Positions 34,894 through 44,254 are shown, numbered from the stretch's first letter. The stretch: 64,000 bases of DNA from Candidatus Omnitrophota bacterium (GCA_030681595.1 JAUXSB010000055.1:364-64363), one strand, 5' to 3'. The notes: generated from the letters alone by a model not told the origin. A program made the numbers and translations.

Positions 34894-34914
34894 AATAAGA
34901 AGGGGGGTGAATTA

Positions 34915-36000
34915 ATGAAAAAGAATTTGGTTTTACTGTTAGTATTAGGATTATTGGTGGGTGTATATAGTTTTTCTTTTGCCAGCGTGGTAAATACTAA
35001 ACACGATATGTTTTTTATGAGCAAAGGAATTGACCCTAATGTGTGCGGTTATTGTCACGTTCCGCACAATGCGGCTGGTGATAAAATCTGGTCAACATGG
35101 GCAAATGAAGCGCAGCTAACTAGTGGGCCTTCAAGTACCATCGGTAATATGTGTTATACCTGTCACGATGGAACGGCAACGTCTTTAGGCCAGACTACCG
35201 CGTTTAATGCGGCTTTACAGCAGCATAAAACAGATACTGGGACAGATTGTAATATTTGCCATACAGTACATGATAATGCCAATGGGAAGTTTCTTGGTAT
35301 CGCTAAGACTCAGAGCGCAAATACAGAGTCGGCTACATACTGCGAAACCTGTCATGACGCGACAATGTATCCGGGGGCTGATCCGCACGGTGACCATTTA
35401 GCGGGAACCGAGCATCCGTATAAGGATACAGGCGCGGTATTAGATGAAAGCTGTAATGCCTGCCATCAGATGCATGGCGCGGTAAATTATACTACTACTT
35501 CTTTGACTAACCCGATACTTAAGGTAGCTAATGCCGATTCAGCCTATTGTGCGACGTGCCATGTTGGATATGTGCAGGCGGCTATCGGCGGTAATAAACA
35601 TCCGGCTAACTTGTCATCCGGTGGTTCTTGGGGTAAGGTTGACTGTGCAACTTGCCATGATCCGCATCAGCCGGCTGATTCTGGAAGGCCGTCTATACTT
35701 AAGGATGCCAATACTGATTCCGCATATTGCGCAACTTGCCATCAGGCAACGGGAACAGTTAAAGGACCCACAGTAGGAACATTTAGCCATCCTACAAGCG
35801 TTGGCTTTACAACAGTCGGTTTAACACCCGCGGGTAATAACATTGACGACGATAATGACGGCGCAGATTATCCGGGTAATTCCGCGTCTTTAGTCTGCGA
35901 AAGCTGCCATTCGGTACATAAGAAAGGTGTGAGTGGTAAACTTCTGCGTATTACGGCAACAGCTGGCGCGTTATGCGTTAACTGTCATAGCGGTAAATAA
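34915..36000 (+). CDS. Secreted multiheme c-type cytochrome (~9-10 CxxCH), paralog A of a tandem triplet.
   Basis: Signal peptide. Conserved N-terminal block 'KHDMFFMSKGIDPNVCGYCHVPHNAAGDKIWSTWANEAQL'. CxxCH spaced with distal His ('CHDPHQ', 'CHSVHK'). S/T/G/N-rich linkers. Confidence 0.8.
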   Translation: MKKNLVLLLVLGLLVGVYSFSFASVVNTKHDMFFMSKGIDPNVCGYCHVPHNAAGDKIWSTWANEAQLTSGPSSTIGNMCYTCHDGTATSLGQTTAFNAALQQHKTDTGTDCNICHTVHDNANGKFLGIAKTQSANTESATYCETCHDATMYPGADPHGDHLAGTEHPYKDTGAVLDESCNACHQMHGAVNYTTTSLTNPILKVANADSAYCATCHVGYVQAAIGGNKHPANLSSGGSWGKVDCATCHDPHQPADSGRPSILKDANTDSAYCATCHQATGTVKGPTVGTFSHPTSVGFTTVGLTPAGNNIDDDNDGADYPGNSASLVCESCHSVHKKGVSGKLLRITATAGALCVNCHSGK

Positions 36001-36036
36001 GCTTAGAGTAAGAGCGGAGAGCTTAGAGTAAAAAGT

Positions 36037-36078
36037 AGAGGGTAGCCTGTTAACTTACCGGCTACTCTCTACTTCTAA
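36037..36078 (+). terminator. Hairpin 'aagtagagggtagcc-tgttaacttacc-ggctactctctactt' (14-bp stem, one mismatch), followed by 'tctaaag'.
   Basis: Inverted repeat read directly between the cytochrome paralogs. Preceded by the direct repeat 'agcttagagtaa' x2. Confidence 0.4.
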
Positions 36079-36080
36079 AG

Positions 36081-37238
36081 ATGACTTATTTAAAATTTTT
36101 TATATCTATAGTTTTTATATTTTTTGCTTGGGCGAATAGTTTTGCCGGCGTCGCCGGCTCAAAGCACGATATGTTTTTTTTAGGCAAAGGCACAGACCCC
36201 AACGTCTGCGGCTACTGCCACATCCCGCATAACGCCGCAGGCGTAAAAATCTGGTCTAAGTGGGGTAATGAGGCGCGGCTTTCCGGCTCTTATACAGAAA
36301 TAGGCAATATGTGTTATACCTGCCATGACGGGACCGCTACCAATATCGGACAGTCAACAGCTTTTAATACCAGCCTGCAACAACATAAAATAACTTCCGG
36401 GCAAGATTGTAATATGTGCCATTCGGTACACGATAATATTAACGGTATGTTTATGAATGTACCAGTAACACAAAATTTTTATTGCGTCAGCTGTCATAAT
36501 GCAACGCAAAACGCAGGCGGGTTAGGCGATTATACCTATGCTGCTACATCTAAGGGGCATCACCCAAGTTATTTTAGCTCAACCACGAGAAGATTCCGCC
36601 ATAGTACAGGTTCTCCGCCTACGGGCGCCTCATGTTCTGCTTGTCATCATGAACGTACACAGAGGGCTTCCAGCTATAATAGTTGCGGGCTTTGTCACGA
36701 AGTCCACGCGGGAGTGAATTATTCCACTGCCAGTGTATCTAATCCTATATTAAGGATTGATAATACTGATAGCGTCTTTTGCGCCAGTTGTCATCCGATA
36801 ATCGTGCAAAGTACAAGCAGCGGCAATAAGCACCCGGCGAATTTAAGTTCCGGCGGCAGCTGGGGCAAGGTTGATTGCATGGCTTGCCATGATTCTCATC
36901 AGTCAAATCAGGATACGGTTTTTATCTTGCGCGATAAAAACGTTGATTCGGCATATTGTCTTACTTGCCATGATACAACAAGCACCGCCAACGGCCCAAA
37001 AATCGGAAACGGCCATCCGGTAAATGTAGCGTTTGAGACGACACCGGTAGATCCTTCGAAAGCTCCGGCAGGAAATGCTATTAATGACGATGGTTTTTAC
37101 GGTGTAGATTACCCGGCAAATTCGGCTAATGTAATTTGTGAAACTTGTCATTCCATACATAGAAAAGGTGTGGCTAGTCCATTATTACGCATAGATAATA
37201 GCGGGAGCGCCCTTTGCCTTAATTGCCACCAGATGTAA
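36081..37238 (+). CDS. Secreted multiheme c-type cytochrome, paralog B of the tandem triplet.
   Basis: 'SKHDMFFLGKGTDPNVCGYCHIPHNAAGVKIWSKWGNEARL' N-terminal block shared with 34915 and 37245. About 10 CxxCH. Confidence 0.8.
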   Translation: MTYLKFFISIVFIFFAWANSFAGVAGSKHDMFFLGKGTDPNVCGYCHIPHNAAGVKIWSKWGNEARLSGSYTEIGNMCYTCHDGTATNIGQSTAFNTSLQQHKITSGQDCNMCHSVHDNINGMFMNVPVTQNFYCVSCHNATQNAGGLGDYTYAATSKGHHPSYFSSTTRRFRHSTGSPPTGASCSACHHERTQRASSYNSCGLCHEVHAGVNYSTASVSNPILRIDNTDSVFCASCHPIIVQSTSSGNKHPANLSSGGSWGKVDCMACHDSHQSNQDTVFILRDKNVDSAYCLTCHDTTSTANGPKIGNGHPVNVAFETTPVDPSKAPAGNAINDDGFYGVDYPANSANVICETCHSIHRKGVASPLLRIDNSGSALCLNCHQM

Positions 37239-37244
37239 TAATAA

Positions 37245-38417
37245 ATGAAAAATAAAAAATTAAAAAGTAAAAACAAAAAACTTGTACTGTCTGGATTTTT
37301 TTTCTTTTTTACCACCTTCTTTTTATTTTATGGCGTTTTTGCCTTTGCCGGAGTCGCGGGTTCAAAACACGACATGTATTTTTTAGCTAAAGGCACAGAT
37401 CTCAATGTCTGTAGTTATTGCCATATCCCGCATAATGCGGCAGGTGAAAAGATCTGGTCTACTTGGGCGAATGAAGCGCGGCTTTCAGGCTCATATACAG
37501 AAATAGGCAATATGTGTTATACCTGTCATGATGGGACTGCCACAAATCTCGGACAGACATCAGCGTTTAATGCGTCTCTGCAACAGCACAAAATGTCTTC
37601 GAGCCAGGACTGTGATATGTGCCATAGCGTGCACGATAATACCAATGGAAAGTTTATGAATGTTGTAAAATTAGATTCATATTGTTCCTCTTGCCATAAT
37701 GCGGTTACTAATGCCGGGGGATTGGGCGATCATGTCAACGGGGTAAATCACCCGGATTGCGGCGCCTGCCATGGCGCGACAGAACTCGATCTTTTAGGTT
37801 CCGATGGAGATAATGCAAGTTGTCATCTTTGTCATGCCAAGGCACACGGGGCGGCTAATTATTCAACACCTAGCGTTGCAAATCCCATTTTAAAATGGGG
37901 TAATCCTGACAGCCAAATGTGTGGCGTCTGCCATGCGGATAAAGTTCAGGCAAGCAGTGGGGGCGCTAAGCACCCTGCTAACATGAGCAGCTCCGGCTCT
38001 TATGGAAAATTAATTTGCCAAACATGCCATGATGTGCATCAGCCGGGAGTAACGAACCATCTGTATTTATTGAGTGAGCCGAATATCGATTCTCAGATGT
38101 GTATCAATTGCCATAATGGCACAAGCGGCCCGGACATTGGCCACTCGCATCCTTACCAAATAGGTTTTGGGGCTATTATTCCTGTAGATGCATCGGCAAC
38201 TACTGGCACGCCAGCAGGCAATGTGATTAACGATAATGATTATGTTACTGATCATATATGGCCGGATGAATATCCGGATTATCCGACAAACTCCGCGAAT
38301 TTAATCTGCGAAACCTGCCATGGTATTCATAATAAATCAGATAATCCGGGTACCAAATTATTACGGATAACTAACACTAATTCCGCGTTGTGTTTAAATT
38401 GTCATACGGATAAATAA
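37245..38417 (+). CDS. Secreted multiheme c-type cytochrome, paralog C of the tandem triplet.
   Basis: 'SKHDMYFLAKGTDLNVCSYCHIPHNAAGEKIWSTWANEARL'. About 10 CxxCH. Insertion 'NDNDYVTDHIWPDEYPDYPTNSA' at the position where the paralogs carry 'DDDNDGADYPGNSA' and 'NDDGFYGVDYPANSA'. Confidence 0.8.
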   Translation: MKNKKLKSKNKKLVLSGFFFFFTTFFLFYGVFAFAGVAGSKHDMYFLAKGTDLNVCSYCHIPHNAAGEKIWSTWANEARLSGSYTEIGNMCYTCHDGTATNLGQTSAFNASLQQHKMSSSQDCDMCHSVHDNTNGKFMNVVKLDSYCSSCHNAVTNAGGLGDHVNGVNHPDCGACHGATELDLLGSDGDNASCHLCHAKAHGAANYSTPSVANPILKWGNPDSQMCGVCHADKVQASSGGAKHPANMSSSGSYGKLICQTCHDVHQPGVTNHLYLLSEPNIDSQMCINCHNGTSGPDIGHSHPYQIGFGAIIPVDASATTGTPAGNVINDNDYVTDHIWPDEYPDYPTNSANLICETCHGIHNKSDNPGTKLLRITNTNSALCLNCHTDK

Positions 38418-38481
38418 GTAGAGAGTATAGTGTATTGAGTATAGAGCAAAAGAATTAAAAATGAAGAATGAAGAATTATAA

Positions 38482-39927
38482 ATGAAAAATAATAAAACAC
38501 CAGTTTTTCTTTTAGCTACTTTAGGGATTTTTCTGTTTATTGTGCCTATTTATGCCGAGCATTATGAAGGCCGGGATTGCAGCGAGTGCCATCAGGAGCA
38601 TAATAATGACGAATATAAAATTTTAACCGATACAGCAGTCAATGGCGGTGACGTTCCTTGTTTTAGCTGTCATTCGCAAGAGAGGCCGAGTAGTCCCGCG
38701 CCCGATACAAAGAAGGAATTTGATATGGCTAGTTCCCGCCATCCCTTAGGAAGCGACAAGGAATGCCTTATCTGCCATGAATTAAACAATAAGCATAATG
38801 ATGGGCATATAGATTCTTGGCCGGATGTGGGGTTGCGTGATCCCGACTCGCAAGATTCTCACGTTTATAGCGGCGATAAAATCAATAATTTTTGTTTGAG
38901 TTGTCATGATAATTCGCCGGTTAGCCTTGGGGATCCGCCGCGGACGCCTATTGATTTATCTAGCGCGTATGAATTTAGCGGACACGGCCGCATAGATATA
39001 AACGAGCCATGCACAAGCTGCCATAAACCCCATGCCTCCATAAATAAGCCTTATATGATTCAAGACGTGATTAATGAAACTGTGATTACAGGAAATGACA
39101 ATAGCGTCTGTTTTGCCTGCCATAGTTATTCAGAAGGTATTTATCCCGGGAAGAACACTTATTTAACCAGCGAGCACGGGATAGAGAATAAACTCTGTAT
39201 TGATTGCCATAATCCCCATGGGGACAATAAGGACCTTTGTTATCTCTGCCATAACGACAAATATTCCGCGCATTATAGCGCAAAGCGCGATAAGCTTTGC
39301 ATTGACTGCCATAATCCCCATGAAAAAGGCGGACTAAAAATGACCAAAGAAGATGAGGAAAAATTGTGTTTTGCCTGCCATAAAGAATTGGAGAGGGAGT
39401 TCGGAAACTTGCGCGACGGCGTATCGGGAAGCTTTTCGCACCATAAAGTTGACGATGAAGAATACGGAGGAGGAAAAGTAGAATGTTTCGACTGCCATAA
39501 TCCGCATATAGTGAATAAAATGAATATCGTAAGCGATCCGGATTCATCGAGTATGAATATGCCGCCAAGGGCGTTCCCGAAAGACAGCTATAGTTATAAA
39601 ACAGATATTTACGATGAATTTTGCCTTGCCTGCCATGACGGCTCGCGCATTTCGGCAAAAAATATAAAATCAGAATTAGACAGTGTTTCGAATTTAGAAA
39701 CCGAATTTACGCAAGGCCAGGCTAACAACCTGCATAAAACCCATAAAGAAAGAGGCTATGGCTGTCAGAATTGCCATAACGCGCATTCAAGCAATGGGAC
39801 AAGCGGCATTAGAAAGGGCGCCTTATTAGATGAGCGGCTCGCTATTACTCATTGGAACCAAACGGATAAATACTCAGATGGAAAGAATTCCTGCAGCGGT
39901 TCCGGGTTAGCGTTAGGATGCCATTAA
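38482..39927 (+). CDS. Multiheme c-type cytochrome (~13 CxxCH) with a signal peptide; candidate periplasmic or outer component of a porin-cytochrome conduit.
   Basis: Signal 'PVFLLATLGIFLFIVPIYA'. 13 CxxCH including repeated 'C(I/F)DCHNPH' units. 481 aa. Confidence 0.8.
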   Translation: MKNNKTPVFLLATLGIFLFIVPIYAEHYEGRDCSECHQEHNNDEYKILTDTAVNGGDVPCFSCHSQERPSSPAPDTKKEFDMASSRHPLGSDKECLICHELNNKHNDGHIDSWPDVGLRDPDSQDSHVYSGDKINNFCLSCHDNSPVSLGDPPRTPIDLSSAYEFSGHGRIDINEPCTSCHKPHASINKPYMIQDVINETVITGNDNSVCFACHSYSEGIYPGKNTYLTSEHGIENKLCIDCHNPHGDNKDLCYLCHNDKYSAHYSAKRDKLCIDCHNPHEKGGLKMTKEDEEKLCFACHKELEREFGNLRDGVSGSFSHHKVDDEEYGGGKVECFDCHNPHIVNKMNIVSDPDSSSMNMPPRAFPKDSYSYKTDIYDEFCLACHDGSRISAKNIKSELDSVSNLETEFTQGQANNLHKTHKERGYGCQNCHNAHSSNGTSGIRKGALLDERLAITHWNQTDKYSDGKNSCSGSGLALGCH

Positions 39928-39936
39928 AAAGTTAAA

Positions 39937-41736
39937 ATGCAAAATGTAAAACGCAAAATGAATATAGTAAGAAAGCCATTTTTATTTATCATTATATTTT
40001 TTTGCGCTTCTTTATTAGTTTTTAAAAGTTCTTATGCTAATCCTACCGAGAGGTTGAATATAGACGCGGAAGTTGAATATAAGGTAAGCGATTTTGAGCG
40101 CGATCCTGAGCCGGCGCTGTCTTCAACGGGCAGCAATTTAGCTCAGGATTATCGTTTTTATTTAGAAGGCAGTATATTAAAAGAAGGCCTGCTTGATTCA
40201 TTATTTGGTGTTTCATTAGGCGACAAGTATAGAAAAGACGACACGGATTTTGAAAATAAATTGCGTTTTGATTATGGCCGCTGGCTGACTATCGATACCT
40301 TGAGCCATCACGAAACAGACGAAGAAATATTCTTTTCCGGAACCACTGAGCCGCAATCGCCCATTCACACTATTATTAAAAAATATGAGACTCGGCTTGC
40401 GTTAGATCCCGCTACATCTCTTTACTATAGCTTTGAAGATAATGAGCGCAAAGATGTCCTTTTGGGCACAACCACAGGAGAGAAAACAAGGTCTGAAACT
40501 GTAAGGCTTAAGCGGGAAAATGGCCCTTTGAATTTTAACAGCGAATACAGGGAAGTTAATTTTGACGACCTTTTGGGCACAAGGAGTGATGTCAGGAGCC
40601 GTGATTTAAACCTGGATATGTCTTACCGTCCGATGGATTCTTTTAGTATTTCGGGATTTTTAGAAAATAAAAAAGATATAGATATTATTAATAATACGGC
40701 CTTGGATTCAGATGAGTACCGTTTGGAGTTTGCCTTAAAGCCGCTTAAAGAGCTAAAACTGCGTAACCGTTTAAAATTAAGCCAGGATAACGACACTAAG
40801 ACAGGCGAAGATTTATCAAATAAGTCTGATGAAATCATTATTAATCTGGACCCAGTTAAGCAGTTGGGTGTTGAGTTCGCTTATAAAAGAGAGGATGAAG
40901 ATAAGGAAAGGGTATCTTCGGAAATAGATTCTGCAATTAATGAAGAGAGGCTTAGGCTTAGAATTACGCCTTTTTCTTGCGTAAATATCCAGTCTGGATA
41001 CGAGGTTTCGGATAAAACAAGCACTTCTTCTACTGAAAATATAAAGAATACCAAGCTTTATTCGGATATTTCCCTAACCCCTATAAATAACTTACGGTTA
41101 GGGGTTAATTTTTCCAATGCCAAGCAAAAAAATACCTTTACTTCTACGGTAGAATCTGATACAAATTTAATATCGGCCTCTACGCAGTATAGAGTAAACG
41201 AGAAAGCGTCTTTATTTGTGCAGATAGATACTTCCAAGACAGATAATCCTTCAACCGGCGCGTTCACTAAGACGGATACTTTAAGTTCGCGTATCAGCGT
41301 TGACCCTTTTTCTTTTTTGAATATGTCTTTGCGGAATAGCGCTCAGGAGACTAGCGGAACATCTACTTCGGCATTATCCGAGAGGCTATTGAATGCGTTG
41401 GAACTGGATATAAAACTTCTGGATAACCTCAAAGTTTCCACAGAGTATGAATTAGTTATGTCCAGCGGCACTACTTCTTCCGATGAGAACCTGTTTGATA
41501 TCGCGACATTTTATAATATAGGCAAGTTTGATTTCTCTTTGCGTTTTCAGGACAGAGGTGTTACCGGAGACAATCCAACGGATAAAACCGCGGTGTTAAG
41601 CAATATTAAATACCGGCTTTCGCCTAATGCCGTATTCAGCTTTAGGTTTTCTCTTATTAACTACACAGATAAATTAACCGCGGCCAACAGCTACGATTCA
41701 ACCACAATCGAGAGTTTGTTATCGATGAGGTTTTAA
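39937..41736 (+). CDS. Outer-membrane beta-barrel protein (porin-like; candidate cytochrome-sheathing porin of an MtrB/OmbB-like conduit).
   Basis: Signal peptide 'KPFLFIIIFFCASLLVFKSSYA'. 599 aa rich in S/T/N/D/Y with alternating hydrophobic beta-strand dyads throughout. C-terminal '...LLSMRF' ending in Phe (OMP signature). Directly between two multiheme cytochrome genes with 9-nt and 2-nt spacers. Confidence 0.65.
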   Translation: MQNVKRKMNIVRKPFLFIIIFFCASLLVFKSSYANPTERLNIDAEVEYKVSDFERDPEPALSSTGSNLAQDYRFYLEGSILKEGLLDSLFGVSLGDKYRKDDTDFENKLRFDYGRWLTIDTLSHHETDEEIFFSGTTEPQSPIHTIIKKYETRLALDPATSLYYSFEDNERKDVLLGTTTGEKTRSETVRLKRENGPLNFNSEYREVNFDDLLGTRSDVRSRDLNLDMSYRPMDSFSISGFLENKKDIDIINNTALDSDEYRLEFALKPLKELKLRNRLKLSQDNDTKTGEDLSNKSDEIIINLDPVKQLGVEFAYKREDEDKERVSSEIDSAINEERLRLRITPFSCVNIQSGYEVSDKTSTSSTENIKNTKLYSDISLTPINNLRLGVNFSNAKQKNTFTSTVESDTNLISASTQYRVNEKASLFVQIDTSKTDNPSTGAFTKTDTLSSRISVDPFSFLNMSLRNSAQETSGTSTSALSERLLNALELDIKLLDNLKVSTEYELVMSSGTTSSDENLFDIATFYNIGKFDFSLRFQDRGVTGDNPTDKTAVLSNIKYRLSPNAVFSFRFSLINYTDKLTAANSYDSTTIESLLSMRF

Positions 41737-41738
41737 TA

Positions 41739-42656
41739 ATGTGGTATCAAGTATCCCCGCCTGTGGCGGGACAGGCAGGTATCAAGTATCAAGTAATAAT
41801 TGCTGTTGCGGTTTCGCTATTGTACTTTTGTTTTCTGCCGGCTTATGGCTCGTCTGAGTGCAGCCAGTGCCATCAAATAGAGGCAGAAAGTTTTGCTTTG
41901 ACTAAACACGCGATAGATAAAAACTGCGATATTTGCCACGGGAGCAGCGAGAAACACTTAACTGCAGAGGTTAAAAAGGATAATATTATTAATCCCAACG
42001 GGTTAAATCTTAAAAAGGGGAATGGTATATGCCTTAGCTGTCATACGGAAAAAGCGAAAGACGTAAGTGAGAGGTTTGTTGCTGTAGCGAGCCTGCATGA
42101 TGATTTACGTTGTTATGAATGCCATACGGTACATTTAAAAAGCTCTGACGAAGAGGCCGATGTAGATTTATTTAAAGACGACCTATATGTTGATTGTTCC
42201 CTTTGTCATAGTAATCAGGCGGAAAATTTTTCTGATTCCGGGCATGGTTTGTCAGGAATAAAATGTTTAGACTGCCATAAGCCGCATGAAGCAAAAACAA
42301 TAAGTCAGGATATAGAAGGAGAAATTGATAAATGCTTGTCTTGCCATCCGGCTCAGGAGTTGGAATTTAAATCTTTTTACGCGCATCCGCTTCGCCAGAG
42401 GCAGATTAGGTGCAGTGATTGCCATAACCCACATAGTAACAATTATGATAAAATGCTCAAAAAAGACGCGGATGATTTATGCGGGGATTGCCACGCCGGT
42501 ATTATGATTGAAGGGGGTAAGCATCCGCTAAGCAAGAATACGAACCATCCGTTTAAAACGGTGGAATGCCTGGATTGTCACCGGCCTCACGGTTCAAATT
42601 TTGATAAGCTGTTAAAACACAATATAGACAATATCTGCAAAACATGCCATAATTAA
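41739..42656 (+). CDS. Multiheme c-type cytochrome (11 CxxCH) with a signal peptide; second cytochrome partner of the beta-barrel.
   Basis: CSQCH, CDICH, CLSCH, CYECH, CSLCH, CLDCH, CLSCH, CSDCH, CGDCH, CLDCH, CKTCH. N-terminal hydrophobic 'VIIAVAVSLLYFCFLPAYG'. Confidence 0.8.
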   Translation: MWYQVSPPVAGQAGIKYQVIIAVAVSLLYFCFLPAYGSSECSQCHQIEAESFALTKHAIDKNCDICHGSSEKHLTAEVKKDNIINPNGLNLKKGNGICLSCHTEKAKDVSERFVAVASLHDDLRCYECHTVHLKSSDEEADVDLFKDDLYVDCSLCHSNQAENFSDSGHGLSGIKCLDCHKPHEAKTISQDIEGEIDKCLSCHPAQELEFKSFYAHPLRQRQIRCSDCHNPHSNNYDKMLKKDADDLCGDCHAGIMIEGGKHPLSKNTNHPFKTVECLDCHRPHGSNFDKLLKHNIDNICKTCHN

Positions 42657-42699
42657 AAATACGGATTAACACGGATAAAATATACGGATTCATACGGAT

Positions 42700-42870
42700 T
42701 TAAGGAGTTGCGCCGAAAGCAGAGCACTTGAAAATTTGTAACAAATTTTCTCATAGCTTTCGGCATCTCCGCCACAAAGCGTTGGCGGATCCGCCTCTGG
42801 CGGAAATTCTGTCATGCGCAAATAACTTACATCTGCTACGCATTCGTAAGTTATGCGCTCATTGAGGAGG
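42700..42870 (+). promoter_or_regulatory. Composite 5'-leader repeat. Nested hairpin 'gcgccgaaagc..gaaaatttgtaacaaattttc..gctttcggc', then palindrome 'ataacttac..gtaagttat', then 'gcgctcattgaggagg' (SD) directly before the ATG at 42876.
   Basis: Same modules in the same order at 44255-44375 and 45594-45820; the last module is also at 52245-52325. Read directly. Confidence 0.5.
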
Positions 42871-42875
42871 ATTGA

Positions 42876-43769
42876 ATGTGTAATAGCAATACGAAGAAAT
42901 TATTTTCATTTTTCACTTTTAATTTTTCACTTTTAATTTTTTTAGCCGGTTGCGCATCCGGCCCGTCCAGCTATTTTAGGTTAAAGCCGGTATCTAAGGA
43001 TACACATGTAAAAACGGCTATTATTCCTTTTACTAATCTTACATCTGAAAAAGACGCGGAGAAAAAAATCGCCTACGCATTAATAACACACCTTCTAAAT
43101 ACGACTTATTTTGATATTGTTGAAACAGGAGAGGTACAGAAAGCGATGCGCGATGGTAAGGTGCGCAAAGACGAGGACTTATCTTTAGAGAATATAAAAA
43201 GTATCGGCCAGCTTACCGGCGCAGACGTCCTTTTAATGGGCGTGGTTGAAGAATACAAGATTGATTCCAGTACTCTGTTAGGCGAAAAAGTATTCGTTCC
43301 GGAAGCCTCTGTCAGCCTGCGGCTTGTCAGCGTCAAAGACGGCTCAATCGTCTGGTCGGTAAACCACCACCGCAGAGGCGATGACCGCGTGACTATCTTT
43401 GGTATGGGCAGGGTAGATTCCATAAGTACTCTTACGGATATAATCATAAAGAATAGCGTTGATTCTTTAATGCGGGTGATGAGAAAAAGGCGTAATGCCT
43501 TAGCGATGTTAAAGAACAACCCGCCTGCCGAAGAAGCCGTTGGTAAGGATGCTGTTATAAAAAAAACAGATAAACAGGGCAGAAAAGATGCGGGCCGGCA
43601 AAAGGCGATAGAGGATGCCATAAAAGGATCCGGGAGCAAAAAAGAAATAAAAAAAGAAAAGGCTGTTTCTTTGCCGCCTGTTAAAGATGTTACTAAGCCT
43701 AAAGACGCACGCCAGGAAATAAAAGACCAGTATAACCAGGAATACGAAAAAATCAAAAAACAATACTAA
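42876..43769 (+). CDS. Outer-membrane lipoprotein of the CsgG/FlgO-like family (curli-secretion-channel-like fold), with a K/E-rich low-complexity C-terminus.
   Basis: Lipobox 'LIFLAGC'. 'TAIIPFTNLT...KIAYALITHLLNTTYFDIVETGEVQKAM...IGQLTGADVLLMGVVEEY' matches the CsgG-family N-terminal consensus (AVxPFxN...L...FxVVER...GAD.ll.G.V). Confidence 0.45.
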   Translation: MCNSNTKKLFSFFTFNFSLLIFLAGCASGPSSYFRLKPVSKDTHVKTAIIPFTNLTSEKDAEKKIAYALITHLLNTTYFDIVETGEVQKAMRDGKVRKDEDLSLENIKSIGQLTGADVLLMGVVEEYKIDSSTLLGEKVFVPEASVSLRLVSVKDGSIVWSVNHHRRGDDRVTIFGMGRVDSISTLTDIIIKNSVDSLMRVMRKRRNALAMLKNNPPAEEAVGKDAVIKKTDKQGRKDAGRQKAIEDAIKGSGSKKEIKKEKAVSLPPVKDVTKPKDARQEIKDQYNQEYEKIKKQY

Positions 43770-43789
43770 TTTTTTATTAAGGGAAATTT

Positions 43790-44224
43790 ATGGCAAGATT
43801 CAGAATGTTGGGGGCGGCCATATTTATTTTTTTATTTTTTCTGTTTGCCATCAGTTATTGTATTTCTCAAGTAGCCAATGATGGTGATTACTGCTTATCC
43901 TGCCACAATAAGGACGTAAATTTAAGCAAGAAATTCCTGCATCCATTAGTTAAGGAAAAGAAATGCCGGGCTTGTCATATATCTTATGATAACAGCCGTC
44001 ATAAAGAAGGCGATGAACCTGTATTTAGTGCGTGTATAAGTTGCCATAGTGAAGAAAAATTAGGGCGTTCGCATCCGGTAGGAGATGGCGTCATTGATCC
44101 TAATACCAAAGATACGATGACTTGCGTATCCAGCTGCCACATACCGCATGGATCAGACTATAAGTATCAGCTGGCATTTAAGAACAATATGGAGTTATGT
44201 CTTAGTTGTCATAAGGATTTTTGA
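43790..44224 (+). CDS. Small c-type cytochrome (4-5 heme motifs) with a signal peptide.
   Basis: 'AAIFIFLFFLFAISYC' signal. CLSCH, CRACH, CISCH, CVSSCH (C-x3-CH), CLSCH. Confidence 0.7.
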   Translation: MARFRMLGAAIFIFLFFLFAISYCISQVANDGDYCLSCHNKDVNLSKKFLHPLVKEKKCRACHISYDNSRHKEGDEPVFSACISCHSEEKLGRSHPVGDGVIDPNTKDTMTCVSSCHIPHGSDYKYQLAFKNNMELCLSCHKDF

Positions 44225-44254
44225 TAGGGAGATTTTAAATTTCGTTATGCGGTT

